Positions 23,608 through 33,600 of a DNA stretch of 64,000 nucleotides are shown here, in pieces. The first letter of the stretch is position 1. Each line of letters opens with the position of its first letter. The notes under the pieces were generated by a model. That model searched no databases. It was not told the origin of the DNA and saw nothing but the letters and a program-made list of their open reading frames with translations. The stretch lies in sequence record MZ574431.2; one strand, given 5' to 3'. The position numbers and the translations under genes were made by a program.

Positions 23608-23649
23608 CGTGACGCAAATCTTGACATCTATCAGAGCTTCCCCTACCCT
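23608..23649 (+). promoter_or_regulatory. Promoter with phage motif
   Basis: GTGACGCAAATC-TTGACA(23621-26)-N17-TACCCT. Confidence 0.7.
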
Positions 23650-23763
23650 GCAAGCACATTTTCAATGGCTCAAGTCGGGGACGAGAGCATGGCCCATGCC
23701 CATCAGCGTCCTCCCGAAGCGGCCTCGGAGGAAACCGAGCAAACGCCGCAAAGGACAAATGCC

Positions 23764-23859
23764 ATGAAGACGCTCATTGAGCGCCTGCGAGCGGCCCACC
23801 TGGAGGCCGAAGCCGAGCGCGTTGCCCAGTACCTGTCCGCGCAAGCCTTGGAGGCCTAA
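23764..23859 (+). CDS. Small hypothetical protein (31 aa)
   Basis: AAGGA RBS, helical amphipathic sequence, ends 3 nt before next gene. Confidence 0.5.
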   Translation: MKTLIERLRAAHLEAEAERVAQYLSAQALEA

Positions 23860-23862
23860 GCT

Positions 23863-24207
23863 ATGACTTCCCAGGCCAACAATACCGCGCAGGCGCGTGA
23901 GCGTCACCTGCAAATCCAACTCTTCGAGACGATCAACGACAAGCTCGACAAGGTCGACGTCCGCTTCGACAAGGTCGAGGACCGCTTCGACAAGCTGTCG
24001 GACTCGATCACCGACGTCTCCACGCGCCTGACGCGCATCGAAGCCTCGGACGTGGCGTCCCGCGTCCAGAAGCTCGAAGACAGCCTTCACGAGAACGATC
24101 GCCGGATCACCAAGCTGGAGACGATCCTGCTGCCGGTGACGGGTCTGGGCTCGGCCCTGGCCGGCGCCCTCGCCACCTGGGTTTTCGGTTTGTTCCCGCA
24201 TGCTTAA
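23863..24207 (+). CDS. Coiled-coil protein with C-terminal transmembrane segment (XhlA/holin-like architecture)
   Basis: GGAGG RBS; DKLDKVDVRFDKVEDRFDKL heptads; hydrophobic C-terminus. Confidence 0.7.
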   Translation: MTSQANNTAQARERHLQIQLFETINDKLDKVDVRFDKVEDRFDKLSDSITDVSTRLTRIEASDVASRVQKLEDSLHENDRRITKLETILLPVTGLGSALAGALATWVFGLFPHA

Positions 24208-24355
24208 GGTTTAACGGCTAAGCTTAGGCGACCTGAAGGTGCGTCAAACGACCTCAGGTTAATTTTTCATAAACACGCCTTCGCACCTCTTGTTCCTTCC
24301 GAAACAGTCGGTAGGGTCGATCCAACAAATCGATCCGGCGTTTTGAGGAGAGAAC

Positions 24356-24580
24356 ATGCTGGCCGCCGTTTCCGTTCCCGACCACCTGGAAAATTTTGAT
24401 CTCCAGGAGGCGGTTGATCAGGCCCAAGGAAGCCTGATCGTGTCGTCCACCCAGCTTTCTGAACTGAGTGCGGAACCCCTGTCTGACACGGGTGTCGCGC
24501 GTCTGGTCAAGCTGGTCGCCCAGATCAATCACGATCTCTCGGCGACTGTCGAGGCCTGGAAAGCCAGTAATCCAGTGTAG
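24356..24580 (+). CDS. Hypothetical protein (74 aa)
   Basis: GAGGAG RBS, helical. Confidence 0.65.
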   Translation: MLAAVSVPDHLENFDLQEAVDQAQGSLIVSSTQLSELSAEPLSDTGVARLVKLVAQINHDLSATVEAWKASNPV

Positions 24581-24612
24581 TCCCTCGGCAGAGGGACCCG
24601 AAGGGAGTCCCT

Positions 24613-25488
24613 TTGACCGACCTGCTTCCTGACGACATGTTCGAGGCTCGACCTCTGAACAAGGCCGCAGCCCGCGCCCAGCGGCGTTCCGCAGCCAAGA
24701 ACAATCCCACCCCGGATCGTCGTCAACGCGCCGGAGACCAACCCGGCGCCAAGCCTCTCGAACCGAAGACGGCCAAGCAGGCCGAATATATCCAGTATCT
24801 TCAAGCCGGAAAGTCGGTCGCCGCCACTGGCGGCGCCGGCACCGGCAAGACCTACGTAGCCGCCCGCGTCGCCGCGCGCGGCCTGATCGAGGGCAAGTAC
24901 GAGAAGATCGTGCTGTGCCGCGTCGCGGTCTCCAAGGCCAAGCACGCCATGGGCTTCCTGCCCGGCAAGATCGAAGACAAGCTCAAGCCCTGGCTGGTTC
25001 CCGTGATCGACGGCCTTCGCGCCGAGGTCTCGGCCGGCACGCTCGAAGAGTGGAAGGCCAAGGGCATGTTCGAAGTCGTCGCCTTCGAGCACATGCGCGG
25101 CCGGACCTTCAACAACGCCTTCGTCATCATGGACGAGGCCCAGAACGCCGACTTCGGTGACCTGAAGCTGTTCCTGACCCGCACGGGCATGCACAGCCAG
25201 ATCGTCCTGACCGGCGACATGGACCAGATCGACATCCACAACTCCGGCCTGTCCGAGGTGATCGACATGATCCTCGAATACGACGTGCCGGTCGAAGTGG
25301 TGCAGTTCACGTCGGCCGACGTGGTCCGCTCGCCGCTGGCCAAGGCGTTCGTCACCGCGTTCGAGAAGCACGCCGCGCGCAAGGCCCAGGCGGTCAATGA
25401 TGTGGGTGCTCAGGAGGCACGTGTCGCGTTTCTTGACGCGCCGCCTCGCTTCCTCGACAATGGCATCTCCAGGCGGCAAGCCGCCTAA
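24613..25488 (+). CDS. phoH: PhoH-like ATPase
   Basis: GGAGTGKT Walker A, GFLPG, RGRTF, (I)MDEAQN, LTRTG, GDMDQ motifs. Confidence 0.93.
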   Translation: MTDLLPDDMFEARPLNKAAARAQRRSAAKNNPTPDRRQRAGDQPGAKPLEPKTAKQAEYIQYLQAGKSVAATGGAGTGKTYVAARVAARGLIEGKYEKIVLCRVAVSKAKHAMGFLPGKIEDKLKPWLVPVIDGLRAEVSAGTLEEWKAKGMFEVVAFEHMRGRTFNNAFVIMDEAQNADFGDLKLFLTRTGMHSQIVLTGDMDQIDIHNSGLSEVIDMILEYDVPVEVVQFTSADVVRSPLAKAFVTAFEKHAARKAQAVNDVGAQEARVAFLDAPPRFLDNGISRRQAA

Positions 25489-25577
25489 GCCTTCCGACAA
25501 TTAGCCGCCGTAATGGCAGGACCTCGTGTCAGGTGCAGGATTGTGCCGCGCACGGGGTCCATTTTTCTGGAACCCTC

Positions 25578-26123
25578 ATGTCCTTCACCTTCGTCGTCGA
25601 GACGGGTCAGGCTCTACCTGACGCCACGTCCTACGTCAACATCGAATTCGCCGACGACTATGTCGAGCAGGACATTCACAAGTCCGACGAGTGGCTGGGC
25701 CTGGACGAGGACGTCAAGGAGCGACTGCTGTCGCGCGCCAGCAAGATGCTCGACAGCCGCGTCCAGTGGAAGGGCCGCAAGTACGACAGCGACAGTGGCC
25801 TGAAGTGGCCGCGCGTGGGGGTGATGGACCCCGACAGCTACACGATGATCTCCGACGACGTGGTGCCCCGCATCGTCATGGAAGCCACCGTGGAATACGC
25901 CAAGTATTTCATGGAGGACGACATCGTCGCCGGCTCGACGATCTCCAACTACCGCGAAATCCAGGTCGACGTGATCGAACTGAAGATCAACAACGAAACC
26001 AACCCGGCCCTGGTCCCCGACGTCGTCAAGACGATGATCGAGAATTCCGGCCTGGGCACCGTCGATGACGGCACCTCCTCCACCAACGGGCGGATGGGCT
26101 TCAAGAAGATTCGTCGCACCTAA
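25578..26123 (+). CDS. Head-tail adaptor (DnaT-like family)
   Basis: FVVETG...ATSYV...ADDY...LKWPR pattern; first gene of neck block; motif promoter TTGACG(25433)-N17-GACAAT inside phoH 3' end. Confidence 0.7.
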   Translation: MSFTFVVETGQALPDATSYVNIEFADDYVEQDIHKSDEWLGLDEDVKERLLSRASKMLDSRVQWKGRKYDSDSGLKWPRVGVMDPDSYTMISDDVVPRIVMEATVEYAKYFMEDDIVAGSTISNYREIQVDVIELKINNETNPALVPDVVKTMIENSGLGTVDDGTSSTNGRMGFKKIRRT

Positions 26124-26503
26124 TGGCCTCGCTGAGCAAGGTAATCCAGCGCGGCGTCGACACCGCGTTCAAGGCGATCGGCGACATCGCCAAGCCCGGC
26201 ACGTGGCGGCAAATCCGCACGACCGGCACGAACGCGATCGACATCACCGGCGGCGTCCCGATCCAGCCCTACACCGACTACCCACTCCCTCGCGTCGTCT
26301 TCGCCCGCTTCAAGCAGGAAGAGACCGACCACACGACCATCACCCTCAATGACCAGAAGGTGCTGTTTCCTCGCCAGGACCTGCCGGTCGAACCGGCCGA
26401 CAGTGACGCGGTGATCGACAGCAAGGGCCGCCTTTGGCAGGTCGTGCGGGTCATGAGCCCGCCGGCCGACGCCGTGGTCATCTGTCAGGTCAGAGCGTCG
26501 TGA
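26123..26503 (+). CDS. Head-tail joining/closure protein
   Basis: TAATG coupling; size and position in neck module. Confidence 0.6.
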   Translation: MASLSKVIQRGVDTAFKAIGDIAKPGTWRQIRTTGTNAIDITGGVPIQPYTDYPLPRVVFARFKQEETDHTTITLNDQKVLFPRQDLPVEPADSDAVIDSKGRLWQVVRVMSPPADAVVICQVRAS

Positions 26504-27009
26504 CGACGCGCGGCGGCGGCTCGAAGTTCACGGCCGGCGTCCAGGGCAACTGGCGCCGCACGTTCGAGGCCTTCAAGCTGACGGCCAATCGCGCCTTCAA
26601 TCGCTACATCGATCGCTTCGCTGTGGCGCTCAACGAAAACCTCCTGGGCAACACGCCGGTCTGGGAAGGCACCACGGTGCGCAACTGGAACTGGTCGGTG
26701 GGCTCAGCGGATCGCTCGGCGGCGCTGCCGGCCGAGGGCGACGGCCCCACCGGACGAACCAACGCCATGCCGCTCGGTCCCGAACCGAGACGCCCGGCCA
26801 ACGAGAACGCCGAAGAAAGCGATTTCGAGAATTTCCGCCGGCAACTGGCGGCCCAAACCAAGCCGGTCAACATCTACGTGACCAACACCTCACCCAACGC
26901 CGTCTCCCTGGAATTCGGCATGCTGCCCACCCCCGCCACCTCGCGTCGCAAGAAGGGCATGCTTTTGCTGTCCGTCGTCGAGACGCTGGCGGCCATGGGT
27001 GTGCGCTAG
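26500..27009 (+). CDS. Neck/tail-completion protein (HK97 gp10-like)
   Basis: GTGA overlap; TPVWEGTTVRNWNWS and IYVTNTSPNAVSLEFG patterns. Confidence 0.7.
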   Translation: MTTRGGGSKFTAGVQGNWRRTFEAFKLTANRAFNRYIDRFAVALNENLLGNTPVWEGTTVRNWNWSVGSADRSAALPAEGDGPTGRTNAMPLGPEPRRPANENAEESDFENFRRQLAAQTKPVNIYVTNTSPNAVSLEFGMLPTPATSRRKKGMLLLSVVETLAAMGVR

Positions 27010-27034
27010 GCCCATTTCTTGCTAGGAGCCACCG

Positions 27035-27484
27035 ATGGCCGATGAAACCTTCGCCTTTGAAGAACTGCGCAAGCGCTTCCTGACCGAAGCGATCCAGGCG
27101 GCCAACACCGCTGGCCTGGGCGACGTCTTCAAGACGCCCGGCTACCCGTTCGTCCAGCCGCAAGCCACGCCCTGGGTCGAGTTCACCTACGAGGTCGGCA
27201 AGACCTTCCCCGCCAGCCTGGGCGCCGGAGAGGACCTGGACGCGCCCGACTACACCGTCGGCATCTTCCAGTTCGACGTCTATGTGCCTGAGGATAGCGG
27301 CACCGGTCCCGGAACCATCCTGGGCGAGAAGCTGCGCAAGCAGGTCAATCGCAAGGAGTGGCTGGTGGGTGACGTCGGGCACGTCAAGCTCGGGGCCTTC
27401 TCCACCCAGCCGGTGAACACCACCATGAAGGGCTGGAACTGCATCTGCGTGCGCGGCTCCTACGGATTCTGGCACCGAGGCTAA
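27035..27484 (+). CDS. Tail terminator protein
   Basis: VGIFQFDVYVPEDSGTG pattern; directly upstream of tail tube gene. Confidence 0.7.
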   Translation: MADETFAFEELRKRFLTEAIQAANTAGLGDVFKTPGYPFVQPQATPWVEFTYEVGKTFPASLGAGEDLDAPDYTVGIFQFDVYVPEDSGTGPGTILGEKLRKQVNRKEWLVGDVGHVKLGAFSTQPVNTTMKGWNCICVRGSYGFWHRG

Positions 27485-27529
27485 GCCTCCGACGAAAATC
27501 TGACCTAAGCTGGCGGTGACACGAACCGC

Positions 27530-27576
27530 GTCACGATGACGTGTTTCTTGACTTTAGGAATTAATTCCTATACGGT
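27530..27576 (+). promoter_or_regulatory. Promoter of tail tube gene
   Basis: GATGACGTGTTTC-TTGACT(27548-53)-N17-TACGGT. Confidence 0.65.
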
Positions 27577-27646
27577 CCCCACCAGCCTTTGATGCGCCAC
27601 CGGGGCGGTGCGCCATCCGCAACCCCACAACTTTAGGTGACGCCTG

Positions 27647-29479
27647 ATGGTCGCAATTTTCGCCGACTCGAACCGCGCTCGTATGCGCTACATCAAGTCC
27701 GTTGATGGCTGGGGCACCACCCCCGCCGACGGTCGCACCCGTGAGCTTCGCTACACCGGCTCGTCCGTGACCGCCTCCAAGGAGACGACGGTCTCGGAAG
27801 AAATCCGTGCGGACCGCATGGTCTCGGACATCATTGAAACGTCCGCCAAGTCGGCGGGCGAGATCAACATCGAATTCTCGGCCGGCTCGCACGACGACTT
27901 CCTGGAGTCGTTCATGATGGGCGCCTGGACGCGTCCGATGACCTTCGACAGCGCCCAGGGCAAGTCGCTCGTCTTCGCCGACGCCGACACGATCTACATC
28001 AAGGGCAAGGACGTCACCGACTACTTCTTCGCGGGTCGCCGCATCCGCACCAACGGCTTCGTCAACCCGGCCAACAACAACTACTGGCAGATCGACACGA
28101 TCACGTTCAACTCGGGCGCCAACCGCACCGAGATCACGCTGACGACCGCCACGGCCGTCGCCGAGAACGGCACCGCCAACACCTTCATGTATGACGCCAA
28201 CGACGTCATCGTCCTGCGCAACACCAACATCCGCGCCGGCACCAGCGGCCTGCCGACCTTCGACTCGAACGGCACCAACGCCTTCGCCTCGGCGATCGCT
28301 GCGGGTCAGATCGTTCCGGGCCAGAAGATTTTCGTCGACGGCCTGGGCTTCGCCACCGGCACGGTCACCCTGACGGGTCAACCGGCGGCCGGCTCCAAGG
28401 TGCGCCTGTCGGACGGCAAGAAGGCCATCACGTTCCAATTCGGCGGCGTCTTCACCCAGACGGTCGAAGGCGTGGACCTGGGCACGGACTTCAACCAGAC
28501 GGCCGAGAACCTCGCCCTGGCCGTGAACCAAGCGCGCTCGGTGGGCAAGATCAACGCCTCGGCGACCTTCGCCGGCGGTGTGGTCACCATCAAGCTGCAA
28601 GCGGACGCCGGCACCCTGACCGAAGTGACCGACACCGGCAACGTCATCGCCGTGGCCAACTTCACGGGTGGCGACACGAGCCTGCACGGCATCTTCACGA
28701 TCCTGTCGGCGACCGACGACGTCCTGGAAGTCTCGCCGGCCCCGACCACGTTCGCCAACGGCGCCAACCGCCCGGTGACGATCAAGGGCTCGATGCTGCG
28801 CAACCCGCACCTCGTCGAAGACATCACGCCGCAGGACTACGTCCTGGAGACGGGCTTCGAAGACGTCGGCCAATACTTCATCGCCGACGGTCAGCGCGTG
28901 GGCGGCTTCAGCTACGACGTCACGTCGAACTCGATCCTGACCGGCTCGTTCACCTTCTCGGGCCGCGCCATGACCCGTTCGGACGTCAGCGTCCTGGGCG
29001 ACGAGGCCATCTACACGGTCCTGGGCACCACCTCGACCGAAGTGGCCAACGCGACCGTGAACGTCGGTAACGTTAACATCAACGGCGAAGTGCTTTCGAC
29101 CGCGCTCCAGTCGATCCAACTGACCGGCGACAACAACCTGCGTGACCAGAACGCGGTGTCCTACAAGTTCCCGGCCGGCATCGGCTCGGGCCGCATGGAC
29201 ATCACCGGCTCGGTCAACGCCTACTTCGCCGACGGCTCGCTGTGGGACAAGTTCCTCAACCACGAGACCGTGTCGCTGTCCTACTCGGTGACGGACGTGG
29301 CGGGTCACACCTACCACTTCACGATCCCCTCGGCCAAGTTCTCGTCGGACCAAGTCAACCCGGCCGGCGGCAACCAGGACGTCATGGAAGCGCTGGAATT
29401 CACCGCCAAGCGCGACCCGGAAACCGAGTGCCAAATCCAGATCGACCGGTTCTCCTCGAACCACCCGATCACCGCCTAA
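27647..29479 (+). CDS. Major tail tube protein (610 aa) with internal insertion domain
   Basis: LRYTGSS...SEEIRADR...GEINIEFS N-terminus; ITGSVNAYF...PSAKF C-terminus; very strong codon bias. Confidence 0.85.
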   Translation: MVAIFADSNRARMRYIKSVDGWGTTPADGRTRELRYTGSSVTASKETTVSEEIRADRMVSDIIETSAKSAGEINIEFSAGSHDDFLESFMMGAWTRPMTFDSAQGKSLVFADADTIYIKGKDVTDYFFAGRRIRTNGFVNPANNNYWQIDTITFNSGANRTEITLTTATAVAENGTANTFMYDANDVIVLRNTNIRAGTSGLPTFDSNGTNAFASAIAAGQIVPGQKIFVDGLGFATGTVTLTGQPAAGSKVRLSDGKKAITFQFGGVFTQTVEGVDLGTDFNQTAENLALAVNQARSVGKINASATFAGGVVTIKLQADAGTLTEVTDTGNVIAVANFTGGDTSLHGIFTILSATDDVLEVSPAPTTFANGANRPVTIKGSMLRNPHLVEDITPQDYVLETGFEDVGQYFIADGQRVGGFSYDVTSNSILTGSFTFSGRAMTRSDVSVLGDEAIYTVLGTTSTEVANATVNVGNVNINGEVLSTALQSIQLTGDNNLRDQNAVSYKFPAGIGSGRMDITGSVNAYFADGSLWDKFLNHETVSLSYSVTDVAGHTYHFTIPSAKFSSDQVNPAGGNQDVMEALEFTAKRDPETECQIQIDRFSSNHPITA

Positions 29480-29795
29480 AACTCGCGGCGCCGGCGCAAG
29501 CCGGCTGTCCGTCCGCCTCGCCGGAGGGCGTTAACTTCCGGTTCCCATTTCGCCCGAACGGGCAACCTGACCAGCGCCCCCTGCTAGGAGGGGAAACGCC
29601 CTGATCCCTCACCAGGATCAGCCCGGCCGCCAAGGCCGCCGGGACCAAAACACCCCGACAGAGAAACAGAGCTTCGGACCCTCGCGGTCCCTCCCAAAGC
29701 TCACCGGTGAGCCGGACGGTGGGAGAGTTCTGTCGGGGTTCTCTCCCACCATCCACCCCGACCTAAAACCCCGAAACCTGTAGGAATTGAAGACC

Positions 29796-30218
29796 ATGAG
29801 CACCGTGCTCGACGACCTGTTCGCGACCAACACCACCGCCGAAGAAGACGGCGTCTGGGTTGACGTCACCGCCACCCTGAAGCTGAAGGTCCGCGCCTAT
29901 AGCGCCAAGGTCGTGGGCGACCTGCGCGACAAGCTGACCAAGCCCTATCAGATGCTGCTGCGTCAGAACCTGAAGATTCCCGACGAGCAGAACGAAGACA
30001 TCGCTCTGAAGGTGATCGCCGGCGGCGTTCTGGCCGACTGGAAGGGCCTGACCGCCAAGAACCAAGACGGCGTCGAAGTCGACGTGCCGTTCACGGCCGA
30101 AACCGCCTACGACTACCTGAAGCGCCTGCCCAAGCTGGCCAACTTCATCGTCGGCGTCGCCACCGACAGCACGTTCTTCAAGGATGAAGAACTGCGCGAG
30201 GACGGCGCAAAAAACTGA
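29796..30218 (+). CDS. Tail assembly chaperone G
   Basis: Between tube and tape measure; EDGVWV...LADWKGL pattern; ends in A AAA AAC TGA. Confidence 0.8.
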   Translation: MSTVLDDLFATNTTAEEDGVWVDVTATLKLKVRAYSAKVVGDLRDKLTKPYQMLLRQNLKIPDEQNEDIALKVIAGGVLADWKGLTAKNQDGVEVDVPFTAETAYDYLKRLPKLANFIVGVATDSTFFKDEELREDGAKN

Positions 30219-30622
30219 GAGCGGCGCTAGACGCCGCCTTGTCCAAGAAGACGGACAAGGTCTCGAAGTTTCTGGAAGACCTCCGGGCGGAAGGGATCAT
30301 TGATGGTCCCTCCGAGCCGGAGAACAAGCAGATCGAGGTCTACACCGATCTCATCTGGGTCTGGAACGCTTTTTGGCGTCTATCCGCCGCACGAGACATC
30401 GGTTTCGACCGCCCCAACCGCATCAAGGTCTCTGAAGTCAAGGCCTATGCCGACCTGAAGAGACTGGCCCCTCACAAGGCCTCCGAACTCCTCTTCTACG
30501 TAGACGTCCTCGACGAGTGCTGGATGGAGCACGCCGAAGACGCCCGCGCCAAGGCCGAGGAGGAGCGGAAGAAGAAGCAGAAAGACATCACACCAACCAA
30601 AGCACGCCCCAAAGGGCGGTAG
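30209..30622 (+). CDS. Tail assembly chaperone T portion, reached by -1 frameshift
   Basis: The -1 frame from slippery heptamer 30209-15 (AAA AAA CTG AGA GCG...) is open and in frame with ORF 30239..30622. Confidence 0.8.
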   Translation, partial: KKLRAALDAALSKKTDKVSKFLEDLRAEGIIDGPSEPENKQIEVYTDLIWVWNAFWRLSAARDIGFDRPNRIKVSEVKAYADLKRLAPHKASELLFYVDVLDECWMEHAEDARAKAEEERKKKQKDITPTKARPKGR

Positions 30623-30628
30623 GGGACA

Positions 30629-33600
30629 ATGCAAGCCGAGGCTCTCCAGCTTACAGTCGACTCGAAGGGCGCCGTTGCCGACCTCGGCGCCCTTTCGCGT
30701 GCCTTGGATGGAGCCGGCCGCGCGTTCGACGGCTTCGAGAAGAAGGTCTCCTCCGACGCGGGCAAGATCGACGCCGCGCTCCAGAAGTCCATGCGCTCGG
30801 CCGAGAAGTCGGCCAAGGTCGCCCAGCTTCTGGGTCAGGTCAAGATCAACGGCGGCTCGGCTTCCGCCCTCAAGGATTTCGCCGGCGCCCTGGACAGCCT
30901 GGGCCGCGCGCGCACCTTCACCGACGCCAAGCTCAAGGGTCTCCAGGAGTTCATCAAGCTCCTGCCGCAAATCCGCGTCCCCGGCGGCGTGGGCCAGCTT
31001 CAGCAGTTCATGACGACCATCGGCGGCGCCAAGGCCCCGTCGCAGGCCCAAATCCGCAATCTCTCCGAGTTCCTGAAGGTCCTGTCGTCGTATCGGGGCT
31101 CCTCGGCGACGCGCGGCGCAGGTCAGATCACCCAGTTCCTGCAAGCCCTTTCCGGCGCCACCGCTCCGAGCGCGGCGACGATCAAGCGCCTGGGCGACTT
31201 CCTCTCGACCCTGGCCAACGCCAAGGGCATCCCCAACGCCTCCCGTATCGCCAACGACCTGATGATGGTCGCCAACGCCGCCCAGCGCGCCTCGGCGGCC
31301 TTTGGCACGCTTCCCAACAACCTGCGCGGCTTTGCCGCCCCAGCCGGCGCGGCGAGCACGGCCGCCAGCAGCCTTGCGCGTAACGCCGCCAACGCCGGCA
31401 AGACGATCGCCGGCAGCGGCACGCAGATCGCCGGCGCACGCACCCACGTCAAGGGCCTGGGCGTCGACCTGGGCGGCCTGGGCGATCGCTTCAAGCTCTC
31501 CTACCAAGCCGGCACGATCTTCTCGGCCCTGTTCTCCTCGTTCACGATCGGTCAGTTCGTGAAGGGCATCTATGATGCCGGCATCGAGATGGCCAAGCTG
31601 CAAAAGGCCATGCTGTTCACCACCGGCTCGTTCGATGGCGCCCAACGCGCGACCGGCGAGTACATGGCGATGGCCCAGAACCTGGGTCTGTCGATCGACA
31701 AGACCGCCGAATCGTTCGGTCGCTTCTCGATCACCGCCAAGACCGCCGGCCTGTCGGCTGAGTCGTCCAAGAAGATTTTCTCTTCGATCAGTAAGTCCCT
31801 GCAAGTCGTCGGTGCGTCCAACGAACAGACGCAGTATGCGTTCTACGGTTTGACGCAGATGATGCAAAAGGGCAAGGTTTCGTCCGAAGAATTCAACCGC
31901 CAGATCGGCGAACAACTTCCAGGTAACGCTGAAGCTGGTCGTCGTGCTTTGTCTAAGCTTGAAGGTCGCGCCGTCTCGATGGGCGAATTCTTCAAGAAGA
32001 TGTCGACGGGCTCGATCATGTCGGCTGACTTCGTGCCCGCCTGGGCCGAAGAACTGAACAAGATGTTCGACCCGCTGAACGCGATCGCCCAAAAGCGCCC
32101 CGACGTGGCGCTGAACCGTCTGGGCAACGCCTTCAAGCTGTTCTCGGCGACGGCCGCCAACGCCGGCTTCATGGGCGCGGCAGGCAAGTCGTTCGACGAA
32201 CTGGCCAAGAAGATGGTCGTGACCAAGGACGGCATGCTCGAACTCACGCCCGAGTTCCAGGCGCTGGCCGACCGCATCGGCACCAACCTCGGCAAGGCCG
32301 TCAAGACCGCCGGCGACTTCCTGAAGTTCCTGGCCGAGAACATCGACACCGTCGTCAATGCCGCCAAGCTCCTGCTGGCGATCAAGATCGGCTCGACCGT
32401 GGTCCAGTGGGGCCGTGACGCCACCGACGCCGCGAAGGGCTTTGGCATCCTGGCTGAGAAGATCGGCTTGGCGACGGCCGCCAGCGCGGCTCAGCAGGAA
32501 GTCAAGATCGGTACGGGCGTCGCGGCGACCACCGCCGACATCATCGCCTCCCGTGGTCGCGGTGGCGGTCGTGGTGAGACCGGCCGTCCGATGACCGCGT
32601 CGAACTTCGGCCCGGCGGGTTTCGCCGTCGACGCCATGAGCAGCTTCGGCAAGCGCCGGGGCGGCGTGGGCGCGGCACAAACCGCTGGCCGTGTCATCCA
32701 GGGCGGTCGCGGTCTCGGCGGCGTGACCGCCACGGTCGGCGCCAACGCCGCCATGTCGGTCATGAAGAGTGAGCCGCTGCTGGGCGCAGGCGCGCGCGCA
32801 GGTCTGACGGGCCTGATGGGTCCGCTGCGCTCGGTGCTGGGCCTGCTCTCCAACGCCCACCCCCTGCTCAAGGCGCTCTATGTCACCCTGATCGCCGCCG
32901 GCGCGGCCTGGGCGGTCTTCGGCAACAAGATGACCGAGGTACAGGGCAAGCAGGTCAAGGTCAACGACGTCCTGGGCGCCAGCTTCAAGATTCTGGGCAA
33001 CAACCTCAAGCAAGGTTGGATGGACGGGATCGGCAAGAACTTCCAGAACTTCAACAAGTACCTCGATGAGGTCGCCAAGGGTAGTGGCGGCTTCGTCACC
33101 CAGATCGCCACCGGCCTTGTCTGGCTGGGCGAGTTCGTGGGCAAGCTTGGCCAGCAGATGGCCTACGACCTGCTGAAGCCGTTCAAGCAGGTCATGGCCG
33201 CGATCGAGGCCTGGAAGAAGACCGGCAAGGTCACCGACGCCATCAGCGCCGCTGACAAGTTCAACGCGCCCGCCAATCAGCCGCTGGCGCAAATGCGCTC
33301 GTGGAAGGACATCCAGGCCGAGGTCGAAAAGACCGCGATCAAGACGGCCGAGGATCGTAAGAACGCCACGGTCAACTCGGGCAAGAGCCCTGCCGAACTG
33401 GCGGCGCAAGAAGCGCTGCAACGTCAGAATCGCGAGAACGCCGCTGCCGAAGCGCAAGGCCGCCTTGAGCAACTGCGCGACATCCTCTCGCCGGTCAAGA
33501 CGCCCACGATCGAGGAACTGCAAAAGTCGTTCGTCGATCTGGCCGCTGCCGCCAATCAGGCCACCGACAAGGTCAAGGCCATGGGCGAGACGGGCACCGT

